The notes: generated from the sequence alone by a model not told the origin. Counted from the first letter of the stretch, positions 26,536-37,493 are shown. The stretch is 64,000 nucleotides of DNA from Myxococcales bacterium (GCA_043747615.1 JAYTOU010000017.1:119249-183248), one strand, 5' to 3'. Numbers and translations are program-made.

Positions 26536-27672
26536 ATGAGACTGGCGGAGTTTATTACTGCTTCGTCGAAGCAGATCGTTTCGGAGTGGGAAGAGTTCGC
26601 GCGCACCTGCGTCCCGTCCCTGGATCTCGCGCAACGCCGCGATCACGTGGAGGGCATGCTTAAGGCGATCGCGCTGGATCTCGACACACCGCAGACCAAG
26701 CACGAGCAAGCAGAGAAATCCAAGGGAAGAGAGGACGATCACGTGAGCAGCCACACCGCTGCCACCTCGCACGGAACGGAGCGCGCGGCTAACGGGTACT
26801 CGGCCGAGCAAATGGTGGCGGAGTTTCGTGCACTTCGTGCCAGCGTCCTGCGCCTCTGGGGTGAATCGGAGGAGGCGTTCGATCGACGGAGCCTTCAAGA
26901 CGTGACCCGCTTCAACGAGTCCGTCGACCAACTCCTCGCGGAGTCACTCGCGAGATACGCGCAGGACGTCGAGCGTTCGAAGGAGATCTTTCTCGGCGTC
27001 CTCGGCCACGATCTACGCAATCCCCTTGGCGCCATCATGATGTCGGCGTCGCTGATGATCGGGCGAGAAGGACCGAACTGGACGCATATGAAAACAGCGT
27101 CTCGCATTCTCACCAGTGGCACGCGGATGCTTGCGATGATCGACGATCTCGTGGACTTCACGCGCACGCGGCTCGGCAGCGGAATACCCGTCGTTCGCGC
27201 GGACATGGACTTGGAGGCGATCTGCAAACAAACCGTCGACGAGATCTCCGCCTTCCACCCGGGCAGCATCGTTCACTTGAAAGCAAGCGGGCAGCTGCAT
27301 GGCCAGTGGGACAGCGGTCGTCTCGCGCAGGTGCTGTCCAACCTCGTCGGCAACGCCTACCAGCACGGATCGCCAAACGTTCCGGTCGAGGTCACCGTCC
27401 GTGGTGAACCGACTGAAGTGGTGCTCGCCGTTCACAACGAGGGCCCCGCGATCGAGAAGAGTCAGCTGCGGGACATCTTCAACCCGTTCCGACAACTCGA
27501 GACCGCTCGGACGAAGACGAAAGATCCGCGCAGCGCCGGGTTGGGGCTCTACATTGCGCAGGCGATCGTCGTCGCCCACCAGGGGACTATCGACGTTGAG
27601 TCGACCGAGAGCGGAACCACGTTCACGGTTCGCTTGCCACGCCACTCGAGCGGGCCGACGCCATCTTCCTGA
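26536..27672 (+). CDS. Soluble sensor histidine kinase with RsbRD_N-like N-terminal domain
   Basis: H-box GHDLRNPL, N-box LSNLVGNA, HNEGP, GLGLYIA. N-terminal HGTERA..EFRALRASV. RBS GGAGG. Confidence 0.9.
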   Translation: MRLAEFITASSKQIVSEWEEFARTCVPSLDLAQRRDHVEGMLKAIALDLDTPQTKHEQAEKSKGREDDHVSSHTAATSHGTERAANGYSAEQMVAEFRALRASVLRLWGESEEAFDRRSLQDVTRFNESVDQLLAESLARYAQDVERSKEIFLGVLGHDLRNPLGAIMMSASLMIGREGPNWTHMKTASRILTSGTRMLAMIDDLVDFTRTRLGSGIPVVRADMDLEAICKQTVDEISAFHPGSIVHLKASGQLHGQWDSGRLAQVLSNLVGNAYQHGSPNVPVEVTVRGEPTEVVLAVHNEGPAIEKSQLRDIFNPFRQLETARTKTKDPRSAGLGLYIAQAIVVAHQGTIDVESTESGTTFTVRLPRHSSGPTPSS

Positions 27673-27822
27673 GAAACGCGACCGCCCCTGCCGGAGCACA
27701 AACGCGTGCGCTCGTTACCCATTGCACCCGATAGAGTCGGAAAGACGCTCTCTACGCGTAGGCACGAAGCGTCGAGAGTACGAGCGTCTGCAGCGCTTTC
27801 CGACACGTACCTCGCGCGATGC

Positions 27823-27838
27823 TGGCACGCGAGGTGCT
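27823..27838 (+). promoter_or_regulatory. Sigma54 (-24/-12) promoter
   Basis: TGGCACGCGAGGTGCT (GG-N10-GC), 11 nt before ATG 27850. Confidence 0.65.
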
Positions 27839-27849
27839 TAGCTTTCACC

Positions 27850-30048
27850 ATGGGGAACCTTCTTCGCCTCTGCGCAGGGGTCGTCGTCGTCGTCGCGTGC
27901 GGCTGCACGACACCGCGCGGGATCAGCAACAACCCGCCGAACATGGGCTGGCCCGGCTCGGTCCGCCAGGCGGCGATCGACAAGATCGATCTCCTCTTCA
28001 TGATCGACAACTCGGCATCGATGGGGGACAAGCAGCTTCTCCTTTCCCTCGCCGTTCCGGACCTCTTGAGCCGCCTCACGGCACCGAACTGCGTTGACGC
28101 TTCCGGCAACTCGGTTGCCGTTTCGGCGGGAGAAAAATGCGCGGACGGAACGAAACTCGAGTTCCCTCCCGTGCACGACATGCACATCGGTATCGTGTCC
28201 TCGTCGCTGGGCGGTCGCGGCTCGGACGCATGCCCGGCGACATCCACGAACGGCGCGAACCCGGCGCTGAACGCGCACAACGACGACGCGGGTCACTTGA
28301 TCAACCGCGCGGGTGCCGACGAGCACGCCGCCGGCGACGCGAAGCCATCGGACTTTCTCGCGTGGCTTCCGCCACTTTCGGTTGCTCCGGCGAACATGGG
28401 CAAGCCCGCGCCTCCCGTTCCCGCGCTCTCCGACGCAACGCTCCTCCAGAGCGACTTCAAGGACCTCGTCGTTGGAACGCACGAGCACGGTTGCGGCTTC
28501 GAGGCCCAGCTCGAGTCGTGGTACCGCTTCCTCGTCCAGCCCGATCCCTACGCGGCGATCACGAAGAACGGTGACGTCGCGGTGCTCGAGGGCGTCGACG
28601 GCGATCTCCTGAAACAGCGCCACGATTTCCTCCGTCCCGATTCGCTCGTGGCGATCATCATGCTGACCGACGAGAACGAGTCGACGGTCGACCCAATCAG
28701 CTTCGGCGGTCACGCGTGGTACTACGAGCAGTCCACGCCACACGTGAAGTCGGGTACGCAGATCTGCGCGACCGCTCCGAACGATCCGAAGTGCCAGTCC
28801 TGTTACCTGCTGGGAAACGCCGGCGATCCCGGATGCGCCGCGCCCCTCGACGACAACACCGACAACGTCAATCAGCGCTTCTTCAATCCAAAGCAGCGTT
28901 TCGGCTACGATCCGCGCTTCCCGATCGATCGCTACGTCAAAGGGTTGAGCGCGCGTCAGGTGCCCGATCGCAACGGCGAGCATCCGGTGGGCAACGGGTT
29001 CAACTACGTAGGCAAGGCGAACTGCTCGAACCCGCTCTTCTCGACGAACCTGCCGACGAGCCCCACCGCGGATCTCTGCCACCTCACGCCTGGGCCACGT
29101 ACAGCGAACCTCGTCTTCTTCGCCGTCATCGGCGGCGTACCTTGGCAGCTCCTCACGGAGGATCCGACGAACATGACGGCGGGGAACAAGGCCCCGTTCA
29201 AGTCGCTGCTGAACGTTGACGACTGGAGCCGCATCCTCGGGAGAGATCCTGCGAGCTTCGATACGTCGGGGATCGACCCGCACATGGTCGAGTCGAGCGT
29301 CCCGCGCGCCGGCGTCGGCCCGGACGAAGTGCACTCACGCGAGTGGGACACGAAGAACGGTGACTTGCAGTTTGCATGTACCTTCACGCTGCCCGCACCG
29401 AAGGATTGCTTGGCTCCGGAGAATGCCGGCGCGTGCGATTGCGCGACAGCGACGGACTCGCCTCTCTGCGACCCGGCGACGAGGACGACGCAGGTGCTCG
29501 GCAAGGCGTATCCAACGATTCAAGAGCTTCAGGTTGCAAAGGCGCTCGGCGATCAAGCGATCGTCGCTTCGCTCTGCCCGCGCGAGCCGAGCGACACCAC
29601 AAGTTCCGACTACGGCTACCGCCCGGCGATGCGCGCGATCGTAGACCGCTTGAAGATTGCTCTCGCGAATGAGTGCTTGCCGGAGCCGCTCACCGTCGGC
29701 GACGCGGGGAGCGTGCCGTGCTTCATCTTGGAAACGCTGGCCCCTGCCGCGGGCCTCACGCAAGAGAATGCGTGCGATCCAGCGAAGGGGCTCGCCCAGC
29801 CGGATCCGGCGGTCTTGGCGAAGTTCCTCGAAGGCCAGGCCGCGCTCAACGGCGATGCCGGCGATCCGCTGGGCCCGGTGTGCCAGGTCACTCAACTCAC
29901 GATGAAGGACTTCGTGAACGGGTCCTGCGCCGACTCACCGAAGGCCGGCTGGTGCTATGTGTCCGACGCGGCGTGCGCGCATATCAAGTTCTCGTCGACC
30001 GCAATCCCGGCCATCGGCGCGAAGGTGAGCCTGCAGTGCACGGGGTAG
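27850..30048 (+). CDS. Large Cys-rich myxobacterial lipoprotein with VWA-like (MIDAS) domain
   Basis: Lipobox VACGC, IDLLFMIDNSASM (DxSxS), GCGFEAQLE, IMLTDENE, many paired Cys. Confidence 0.8.
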   Translation: MGNLLRLCAGVVVVVACGCTTPRGISNNPPNMGWPGSVRQAAIDKIDLLFMIDNSASMGDKQLLLSLAVPDLLSRLTAPNCVDASGNSVAVSAGEKCADGTKLEFPPVHDMHIGIVSSSLGGRGSDACPATSTNGANPALNAHNDDAGHLINRAGADEHAAGDAKPSDFLAWLPPLSVAPANMGKPAPPVPALSDATLLQSDFKDLVVGTHEHGCGFEAQLESWYRFLVQPDPYAAITKNGDVAVLEGVDGDLLKQRHDFLRPDSLVAIIMLTDENESTVDPISFGGHAWYYEQSTPHVKSGTQICATAPNDPKCQSCYLLGNAGDPGCAAPLDDNTDNVNQRFFNPKQRFGYDPRFPIDRYVKGLSARQVPDRNGEHPVGNGFNYVGKANCSNPLFSTNLPTSPTADLCHLTPGPRTANLVFFAVIGGVPWQLLTEDPTNMTAGNKAPFKSLLNVDDWSRILGRDPASFDTSGIDPHMVESSVPRAGVGPDEVHSREWDTKNGDLQFACTFTLPAPKDCLAPENAGACDCATATDSPLCDPATRTTQVLGKAYPTIQELQVAKALGDQAIVASLCPREPSDTTSSDYGYRPAMRAIVDRLKIALANECLPEPLTVGDAGSVPCFILETLAPAAGLTQENACDPAKGLAQPDPAVLAKFLEGQAALNGDAGDPLGPVCQVTQLTMKDFVNGSCADSPKAGWCYVSDAACAHIKFSSTAIPAIGAKVSLQCTG

Positions 30049-30090
30049 CTGGCATGCGGTAACGCGTCGCTGCGCGAACGTTCGCCCCTG

Positions 30091-30802
30091 TCATCCACCG
30101 TCGGCGGCGTCGCCCACGCCTCCGTCGCTGGGGATGCCGCCGCAAAATAGCTTCACCATCGCTTTGGCGTTGTCGGCGAAGAACATCGCTCCCGCTTGCA
30201 CGCAGACCGCGGCTGGCCCAGCGTCTTCCTCCACGTCCGCGGCGAAGGCCGTCCCGTCGTCTCCCGCCGGCACCGGACAGTTCACCTCGCACGCGAGCTC
30301 CTCGCACTGGCGGAGGGCAAGAACCTTCGCGCCGCATCCTGCGGTGCTCACGTCACCCGTTGCGAGGGCGATGCATCCTGCTTCGTTGACGTCGATAGTG
30401 ACCGAGTCTTCGACGAGCGGGCCATACGTGGCGGCTGTTGCGGCCGTGATCGCGCATCGCGCGCAGCTCTTGTTCGCCGCATTGGCGAAGAACGTCTTGC
30501 ATGTCGGCGCGTCGGGCAGCGCGTTCAAACAGTCGACAAGTGCGCCAATCTGCGTCGCGGAACGAGGGCTCGCCCGCGAGCTTCTCGAAATAAACGCCGT
30601 CGTGAGCAACGACGGTGGCACCGCAAATGAGCTCCCCGCTAACGCGGTCCCTCACCACGACGCGGAGACCGAACGCGATGTTCGTAGTCTCGATGTCCGT
30701 CGTACAGACCTTCTCTCCGCCTGAGCAGCTGAGAGCGCCCACGACGATCGTCACGGAAAGCGCCGCTCCTCGCGCGCGCCGGCGAAGGTGAAGAGAGATC
30801 AT
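30091..30802 (-). pseudogene. Chimeric or frameshifted Cys-rich lipoprotein gene
   Basis: ORF from 30802 (RBS GAGGA, lipobox ALSC) reads sensibly to about 30570. A different frame then gives a Cys-rich domain (TQIGALVDCL..LFCGG) ending at 30091. Confidence 0.55.
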
Positions 30803-30919
30803 CGATATCCTCTGATCGTAGCATCACGCACTCGCTCGGATCCGCAGACCTCCCGAGGTCCTTCTCGCATGGCTCGACTCGCGTAGGGCTAGGCTTGGTC
30901 CTCGCCAGCGCGCCGCGAA

Positions 30920-30997
30920 TTTTCGCCGTGGCGACGGGCACCGCCCGGAAGCGTGCGACGGCACGCTGAAGACGGATGCGCTTCGCCACGGCGAAAA
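30920..30997. repeat. 78-nt palindromic element with 15-bp perfect terminal inverted repeat and two internal hairpins
   Basis: TTTTCGCCGTGGCGA ... TCGCCACGGCGAAAA, enclosing CGGGC-acc-GCCCG and AGCGTGC-gacg-GCACGCT. Confidence 0.8.
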
Positions 30998-31022
30998 GGC
31001 GCAAGCGATGGCGAGGGCCGCG

Positions 31023-31778
31023 TTAGCTTTCGTCGTTGCGGCGGGCGGCCTCGATCAAGAGCGCTGTCGTCGAGAGACCGATTTCGTTGGGACCGTCGAC
31101 CGGACAGGGAACGAACTCGAAGCGTCCGTCTTGCCACGCCATCACCTCGCACACGCAGTCGACACCGCGGATCGCGCCGCCGCCGAGGAGCGTGGCCCGA
31201 AAGACCTTGCCCTCCTTGAGACGTAGACGCGCGACGGTGCTAGCCCGCTCGAGCACGAGGTCGCCTGTCTTTCGCTCGAGGTCGAGCACCGTGAGGAGGC
31301 CGGGGACACCGATGTCGGCCAGCGATCCGGCAACGGCAGCCCGGCGCTGCTCGGCCACCCAGTCTCCCCGATTCTTGCGGAGCAGCTCTTTTTCTAGGCG
31401 CGTGCGGCGATCGATGGCGTTGCCGACGCGCTGAACGAGCTCGGCGACCGAGAACGGCTTGGTGAGAAAATCGTCTGCTCCCAACTGAAAACCCGTCATG
31501 CGGTCCTCGGGGTTGGTCAGGGCGGTGAGGAAAATAATGGGGATCAGCGACGTCTCGTGAGCCATGCGAAGGGCGCGGGCGAACGCCCAGCCGTCGAGGT
31601 TGGGCATCATCACGTCCGTGACGATCACGTCCGGTGGCTGTTCCGCCGCCTTTCGGAGGGCTACGACGCTATCGGATTCGGTGTCCACGACGAAGCCAGC
31701 CGCTTCGAAAGCGGTCCGGACCATCTTGAGCACCGAAGGGTCGTCGTCGACGACCAAAACACGACGCGGTTTCGCCAC
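31023..31778 (-). CDS. Response regulator with C-terminal DUF4388/PatA_N-like domain
   Basis: VVDDD, TDVMMPNLDG, FLTA, KPF. C-terminal GSLADIGVPGLL..RKTG..WQDGRFEF..LLIEAARR. Confidence 0.88.
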   Translation of the reverse strand: MAKPRRVLVVDDDPSVLKMVRTAFEAAGFVVDTESDSVVALRKAAEQPPDVIVTDVMMPNLDGWAFARALRMAHETSLIPIIFLTALTNPEDRMTGFQLGADDFLTKPFSVAELVQRVGNAIDRRTRLEKELLRKNRGDWVAEQRRAAVAGSLADIGVPGLLTVLDLERKTGDLVLERASTVARLRLKEGKVFRATLLGGGAIRGVDCVCEVMAWQDGRFEFVPCPVDGPNEIGLSTTALLIEAARRNDES

Positions 31779-31814
31779 GACGGCATTATCGTTGGCGCGA
31801 CCGTCTGTGCAAAC

Positions 31815-32477
31815 TTACTTCCAGCCTTTTTCCGGCGGAAGATCGGCCTCGACCTCTGGCGGAAGGGGCGCCATCGGGGCGGGGATGCTGGCCGTGCGCG
31901 TCTGGGCTCGCACGCCCCCGAAGCCCAATCGCATGAGAGGCACGTACTCCGCGCCTGCGCTCGACAGATCGCTTCGGTAGAGAACGAGCTCGGTCACTAG
32001 CGCTTCGCCCTTCGCCGGCGAGACCGGCGCTTCGCAGAATGCGCGGATGTCGGTCGGCAGTTTGAACCGCGCGAGCGTGACGTGGGGTCGGTAGGGACGC
32101 TCTTCCCGCGCAAACCCGATCGCGTCGACGCGGCGCTCGATCTCGACGAATAGACGCGCGAGATCGCCGGCGCGGTCGTCCATGGCTAGCACCAAGACGC
32201 GCGCGTTTTCTTCGTCAGGAAAGCCCGTCAGTTTCTCGTAGCGCACCCGTGGAGCGACCTCCGATTCGGCGAGCGGCCTCACCGCGTCGATGATCGCGGA
32301 CGTCAGCCCTACGTCGATCGCGCCAAAAAATTTCAGCGTGACATGGAGCTTGGTCGCCGCGATCCAGCTCGCGTCGGGCACCCGCGCGCGCTTTCGCAGC
32401 ATGTGTCCGAGCTCCACCACGCGCCGGATGCTGGCCACTTCGAGGTTGAGCGCGAGAAACGCGCGCATCGTCTCCAT
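31815..32477 (-). CDS. thpR: RNA 2',3'-cyclic phosphodiesterase (2H family)
   Basis: RAFLA, two HxT motifs (HVTLKF, PHVTLAR), LYRSDL. Confidence 0.9.
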   Translation of the reverse strand: METMRAFLALNLEVASIRRVVELGHMLRKRARVPDASWIAATKLHVTLKFFGAIDVGLTSAIIDAVRPLAESEVAPRVRYEKLTGFPDEENARVLVLAMDDRAGDLARLFVEIERRVDAIGFAREERPYRPHVTLARFKLPTDIRAFCEAPVSPAKGEALVTELVLYRSDLSSAGAEYVPLMRLGFGGVRAQTRTASIPAPMAPLPPEVEADLPPEKGWK

Positions 32478-32480
32478 CGT

Positions 32481-33710
32481 TCAGCAGCAAAGCTCCCGGA
32501 CGAGGTGGAGGCCTGCGTAGGCCGCGAGTGTTTGAATCTGGTGGCGCTCTCCGGGGAAGTGGCACTCCTTCACCTGGAGCCCGCCGGCCCAGCAGACCGC
32601 GATGAACACGGTGCCGACCGGTTTTTCCTCGCTGCCTCCGGTTGGCCCGGCGATCCCGGTGAGCGCGAGCCCCACGTCGGCGCCGGAGATTTCGCGAACG
32701 CGCTCGGCCATCGCTGCGGCAACCTCCGAGCTGACCGCTCCGTGCCCGCGGATGACGTCTTCTTCGACGCCCAAGAGCTTCGTTTTTGCGCTGTTTGCGT
32801 AGGTTACGGCGTCGACCAAGAGATACTCGCTGGCGCCAGGCTCGCGGGTGATCATGTGGCCGACGAGACCGCCGGTGCACGACTCGGCAACGGCGAGCGT
32901 GTAGCCCTTGGTCCGGAGCGCGCGGCCGATCACACCAGCGAACGACTGGTCTGCCTCGCCGTAGACGACGTCGGTGAGCCTGCTTCGCACCTCGACCGTC
33001 GCGCGCTCGCAGAGGTCGCGGGCGGCGGCGTGGGAGACACCTCGGGCAAGGACCTTCACTTCGATCTCGGGAAAGTGCGCGCGGTAGCCGAGAGTCACTC
33101 CGGGGAAGGCGGTCTCGACGCCCGTCAATCGCTCGCCCACCGTGCTCTCACCGATGCCAAAGGTACGAAGACGGATCTGGTAGGCGTCGTTCGGAGCGAG
33201 CGGGCGAATGCGGGGCGCAACTTGCTCTTCGAACATCCGCTTCATCTCGGTGGGGACGCCGGGCATGAAGAACGCGACCGCGTTTCCGATGCGGAGCGAG
33301 AAGCCTGCGGCGGTGCCGATGGGATTGGGGAGGATCACCGATCCTTCGGGGAAATCAGCCTGTTTCGCGTTCGACTCACCCATCACACGGTTGAACTTTT
33401 CGAAGCGACGGCGAATGTGATCGAGCGAAGCTTCGTCGCGAAGGAGACGAACGCCGAGTGCGGTCGCCGCCGCCTCCGTGGTCAGATCGTCGGTGGTCGG
33501 CCCGAGACCGCCGGTGCAGATGATGACGGCGACCGATCGCCCAAGACGCTCGAGCGCCTGGATGATGCGCTTTTTTTCGTCATCGACGACGACGCTCTCG
33601 ATCACCTCGAAGCCAATGTCGGTCAGTGCCGAGCCGAGCCACGAAGCGTTCGTGTTGACCAGCTCGCCGCGGGTGAGCTCGGTCCCAATGCAGAGAACTG
33701 CGCATGTCAT
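32481..33710 (-). CDS. cinA: Competence/damage-inducible protein CinA (MoCF domain plus PncC NMN deamidase)
   Basis: IGTEL, TGGLGPTTDDLT, MPGVPTEM, AESCTGG, GAVSSEVA, TGIAGP. Confidence 0.95.
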   Translation of the reverse strand: MTCAVLCIGTELTRGELVNTNASWLGSALTDIGFEVIESVVVDDEKKRIIQALERLGRSVAVIICTGGLGPTTDDLTTEAAATALGVRLLRDEASLDHIRRRFEKFNRVMGESNAKQADFPEGSVILPNPIGTAAGFSLRIGNAVAFFMPGVPTEMKRMFEEQVAPRIRPLAPNDAYQIRLRTFGIGESTVGERLTGVETAFPGVTLGYRAHFPEIEVKVLARGVSHAAARDLCERATVEVRSRLTDVVYGEADQSFAGVIGRALRTKGYTLAVAESCTGGLVGHMITREPGASEYLLVDAVTYANSAKTKLLGVEEDVIRGHGAVSSEVAAAMAERVREISGADVGLALTGIAGPTGGSEEKPVGTVFIAVCWAGGLQVKECHFPGERHQIQTLAAYAGLHLVRELCC

Positions 33711-33728
33711 GGATCGCCGATCGTACAC

Positions 33729-34496
33729 TCAAAAGACGGATCCATAGGCGCAGCGAGCTCCCACTGTGTTTTCCCTCGTTTTTGGGTCGATTTCTCGGCT
33801 TGACCAGGTGCGGAGCTCGGTTGCCAGCTCCGTCTTCCACGATCCGCCACGGACGACGCCGAGGGCATTCACGGGTGCGGTCGGCTCAGGAGCTACCCAC
33901 TCGGAGACGTTGCCTGCAAGGTCATGGATACCTAAAGGGGTGTCGCCGGCGGGATGGGCTCCCACAGTGTCGGGCCCGGTTCCTTTGCGCGAGCACGGCC
34001 CGGAGGCGAGACCCCATGCGGCGCGTCGACACACGGCTCCGGTGTCTCCCCAGGGATAGCGACGTGCACCTGCGCCGGCGGCCGCGGCAATCCATTCGTC
34101 TTCGGTCGGGAGCCGGCCACCACGCGACGCGCAAAGAGCGGCCGCTTCGTCGCGCGTGATTCCGCTCGCCGCTCGGGTGGGATCGTCGGGACGCGTAGCC
34201 TCGAAGGCGTCGATGCTGAAGGGCTTCACGTGGAGCGTCCGCGCCTTCACCTTCCCCTCCGCCTCCCAGTCCGACGGGCCGATCGTGACCTCTGTCTCCG
34301 GCACTTGCACGCGCGTATTCGGAACGTCGTAAGGGCCATTCGGCAGGCACCGCGCGAGCGAAAGGGTAAAGCCCTCGCCGCACTGTGCGTCGTCAGCGCG
34401 CGCGTGTGTGAGGATGAGCCCAAGGACGATGAGCAGGACCAGGCCCCCGGTGGAAGACCACACCCACCACGCGCGACCGAGCTCCAAGCGACTCAC
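33729..34496 (-). CDS. SUMF1/FGE-sulfatase domain protein, exported
   Basis: [34 protein letters not shown] overlap with the upstream stop. Confidence 0.82.
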   Translation of the reverse strand: MSRLELGRAWWVWSSTGGLVLLIVLGLILTHARADDAQCGEGFTLSLARCLPNGPYDVPNTRVQVPETEVTIGPSDWEAEGKVKARTLHVKPFSIDAFEATRPDDPTRAASGITRDEAAALCASRGGRLPTEDEWIAAAAGAGARRYPWGDTGAVCRRAAWGLASGPCSRKGTGPDTVGAHPAGDTPLGIHDLAGNVSEWVAPEPTAPVNALGVVRGGSWKTELATELRTWSSREIDPKTRENTVGARCAYGSVF

Positions 34497-35254
34497 GCGC
34501 GAACGGAAGAGCGCAACGTGCCTACGCCCTCGATCTCGATCTCGAAGACGTCCCCGGGGGCAAGCGGACCGACGCCTTCCGGCGTTCCGGTCACCAGCAA
34601 GTCTCCTGGCTCGAGGGTCATCATGCGGCTGGCGTACGCGATGAGATCGGCCACCGGGAAGATCATCTGAGCGGTAGATCCATCTTGTTTCGTAGCTCCG
34701 TTCACGCGCGCGGACACCCGCACCGCCCGCGGGTCGAGCGACGTTTCGATCCACGGTCCCACCGGGCAGAAGGTGTCGAAGCCTTTCGCGCGGGACCATT
34801 GACCGTCTTTTTTTTGAAGGTCGCGCGCGGTGATGTCGCCGACGCAGGTGTAGCCGAAGACGAAGGAGAGAGCCTCTTCGCGAGAGACGTTCCTGCACTT
34901 GCGGCCGATCACCACGCCGAGCTCCGCTTCATGCTCGACGCGCGCACTCTCCTTGGGGAGGACGATGGCCTCACCGTGGCCAATGAGCGCCGACGGGGGC
35001 TTCAAGAAGAGGAGCGGCTCGCTCGGAACGTCGTGTCCGAGCTCCTTTGCGTGCGCGGCGTAGTTGCGACCGATGCACAAAATTTTCGACGGAGTCACCG
35101 GACAGCGGAGCTGACTTTCGGTCCAAGCGACGACGTTTTCGACGGCGGGGACACCGCCCAGCCAGGGGGGCGCAGACAGGAGGGTCGCTGATCCCTCGCG
35201 AAGCTCTGCGAAGGACGCGTGTTCTGGGGTAATTGAAAGCAGGCCGATTCGCAC
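34493..35254 (-). CDS. Fumarylacetoacetate hydrolase family protein
   Basis: [39 protein letters not shown]. Start uncertain. Confidence 0.9.
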   Translation of the reverse strand: MRIGLLSITPEHASFAELREGSATLLSAPPWLGGVPAVENVVAWTESQLRCPVTPSKILCIGRNYAAHAKELGHDVPSEPLLFLKPPSALIGHGEAIVLPKESARVEHEAELGVVIGRKCRNVSREEALSFVFGYTCVGDITARDLQKKDGQWSRAKGFDTFCPVGPWIETSLDPRAVRVSARVNGATKQDGSTAQMIFPVADLIAYASRMMTLEPGDLLVTGTPEGVGPLAPGDVFEIEIEGVGTLRSSVRA

Positions 35255-35319
35255 GGGTGGAAAGATACCATCGCCGTTCGGCGCGAACGACCCTAGCGAG
35301 CCATTTACGCGGAGATACC

Positions 35320-36498
35320 TTGACGACGAAACCCACCACGACCGAACCGGTTCAGAGCGTTTCCAAGCCGAAATCACGCCGGTTTTTCCCGCTGATCCTC
35401 CTCGTCCTGATTGGCATCGGGTACCTCGGATACAACACCTACAAAGCGAGTCGGCCTTACGAGTGGAGCGGGACCGTCGAGGCGCGCACCATCGCCGTGG
35501 GCTCGCGCACGGGCGGGCGCGTGAAAGACGTGCTCGTCCACGAAGGAGATCGCGTGAAGGCTGGGCAACCGCTGATCGTCTTCGAAACTGGGGACAACGA
35601 AGCGATAAAGCTCGCCGCTCAGGGGCAATTCGATCAGGCGCAAGCGAACCTCGAGAAGCTTGAGAAGGGCGCGCGTCCCGAGGAAATCGAGCAGGCGAGG
35701 GCCCGCGCATCGACGCTGGGAGCGGCGCTCGCGCAGACGAAGGTCGGACCACGAAGCGAACAGATCGCTGGAGCACGCGCGCGCTTGGCCGCGGCCCAAG
35801 TCGCGGCGGACAAGGCCCAGATCGACGCGGGACGAGCGCGAAAGCTGTTCGAGTCGCAGGCCATTTCCCAAGCGGAGGTCGACAACACGGACTCCGCGCT
35901 CAAGGGCGCGACCGCCCAGCGCGATGCTCTGAAGCAGTCCCTGAACGAGCTCGAAAACGGCGCGAGCCCGGAGGAATTGCAACAAGCGCAAGCGCGGGCG
36001 GCCGAGGCGAATGCAAGCGCGCGTCTGGTGCAGGCAGGCTCGCGTGTCGAGGACATCAAGGCCGCGCGAGGGATGGTGGAAGCCGCGCAGGGCAAGCTCG
36101 ATCAAGGCAAGGTGATGCTCGACGAGCTAACGGTGAGAGCACCGCGCGACGCCCGCGTGGAGTCGCTCGACCTTCGCCCCGGGGATCTCGTTCCGCCGAG
36201 CGCGCCCGCGGCGACGCTTCTGGAAGAAGACCAGCTCTACGTGCGAATTTACGTGCCGGAGACGCACATTGGTCAGATCCATCTGGGCCAAGAGATTCCG
36301 GTCAGCGTCGACTCGTTCAAGAACCGCTCATTCAAAGGAGTGGTCGAGCACATCAACAGCATCGGCGAGTACTCTCCGCGCAACTTGCAGACGGCAGACG
36401 AGCGCGCCGATCAAGTCTTCGCCGCTCGCATCGGTCTTCGCGAGGGGAAGGAGGAGCTCCGCGCGGGCATGGCCGCCTTCATCACGGTGCCAAAGTGA
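35320..36498 (+). CDS. HlyD-family membrane fusion protein (YbhG-like)
   Basis: N-terminal TM, lipoyl half-motifs, long coiled coil, [17 protein letters not shown] start after GGAG. Confidence 0.88.
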   Translation: MTTKPTTTEPVQSVSKPKSRRFFPLILLVLIGIGYLGYNTYKASRPYEWSGTVEARTIAVGSRTGGRVKDVLVHEGDRVKAGQPLIVFETGDNEAIKLAAQGQFDQAQANLEKLEKGARPEEIEQARARASTLGAALAQTKVGPRSEQIAGARARLAAAQVAADKAQIDAGRARKLFESQAISQAEVDNTDSALKGATAQRDALKQSLNELENGASPEELQQAQARAAEANASARLVQAGSRVEDIKAARGMVEAAQGKLDQGKVMLDELTVRAPRDARVESLDLRPGDLVPPSAPAATLLEEDQLYVRIYVPETHIGQIHLGQEIPVSVDSFKNRSFKGVVEHINSIGEYSPRNLQTADERADQVFAARIGLREGKEELRAGMAAFITVPK

Positions 36499-37493
36499 CG
36501 TCGGACGGAGCTCCGCGCTCGGACCACGCAGACGTGGCGATCTCCTGCCAGAACGTATCGCGCAAGTTTGGCGATTTCATCGCGCTCGATCGCGTGGATC
36601 TGGTCGTGCAAAAGGGCACGATTTACGGGCTCCTCGGGCCCAACGGCTCCGGCAAATCCACGCTCATTCGCATTCTGTGCGGCCTCCTCGCGCCGAACGG
36701 TGGGCAGGCGCTGGTCATGGGGCTCGACGTCGCCAAGAGCGGCGAAGAGATCCGAAAGCGCATCGGCTACATGAGCCAGAAGTTCGCGCTCTACGAGGAT
36801 CTCACCGTCCGCGAGAATTTGGATTTCTACGCGCGGGTGTACGGGTTGTCGGGGGCGCGACTGAAGGCGCGGATCTCTGCGGCCGTCGAGCTCACGCACA
36901 TCGGGCCATACCTCGATCGCCGCGCGGGCCAGCTCTCCGGTGGTTGGAAGCAGCGCCTCGCTCTGGGTAGCGCGTTGATGCACGAGCCACAGGTCATCTT
37001 CCTCGACGAGCCGACCGCTGGCATCGACCCCGTCGCCAGGCGTGAACTCTGGGATCTTCTCTTCAAGCTCGCCGCCGAAGGAATCACGCTGCTCGTCACG
37101 ACCCACTACATGGATGAAGCCGAGCGCTGTGGAGAGGTCGGCTACCTCTACCTCTCGAAGATGATCGTGAGCGGTACGCCGGACGAGCTCAAAGCGCTCC
37201 CGGCGGTCAATAGACCTGGCTTTAGGCGCATCGAGCTGGAGACCCGCAGGACGGCGGCGGCTCTCGCGTGGCTGCAGAAGCAAAGCTTTTGCCAGAGCGC
37301 GACGATCTTCGGACAAAGCGTCCACGCCGTGGTGAACGTGAGCGACGAAGAAGTCCTCGAGCGCCTGCGGGCGCAGAGCTTCACGCACGTAGAGGTCCGC
37401 GACATCATGCCGTCACTCGAAGACGTCTTCGTCGCACTGACGCAGGACGAGTCTGCGCGGCGGGCGTCTCCGCGCGCCGAGGTCGCACCGTGA
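36495..37493 (+). CDS. ABC transporter ATP-binding protein (YbhF-like)
   Basis: [34 protein letters not shown]. Confidence 0.93.
   Translation: MTSDGAPRSDHADVAISCQNVSRKFGDFIALDRVDLVVQKGTIYGLLGPNGSGKSTLIRILCGLLAPNGGQALVMGLDVAKSGEEIRKRIGYMSQKFALYEDLTVRENLDFYARVYGLSGARLKARISAAVELTHIGPYLDRRAGQLSGGWKQRLALGSALMHEPQVIFLDEPTAGIDPVARRELWDLLFKLAAEGITLLVTTHYMDEAERCGEVGYLYLSKMIVSGTPDELKALPAVNRPGFRRIELETRRTAAALAWLQKQSFCQSATIFGQSVHAVVNVSDEEVLERLRAQSFTHVEVRDIMPSLEDVFVALTQDESARRASPRAEVAP

Noticed and set aside
30920..30997. tRNA
   Set aside because: Similar length, but no TTCRA T-loop, D-arm or 7-bp acceptor stem with CCA.
26536..31778. Histidine kinase and response regulator as a cognate pair
   Set aside because: Separated by more than 3 kb on opposite strands. 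Orphan two-component genes are common in myxobacteria, and nothing in the sequence supports pairing.
33729..34496. Active formylglycine-generating enzyme
   Set aside because: Lacks the catalytic CxxxxC after RGGSW, and no sulfatase is nearby.
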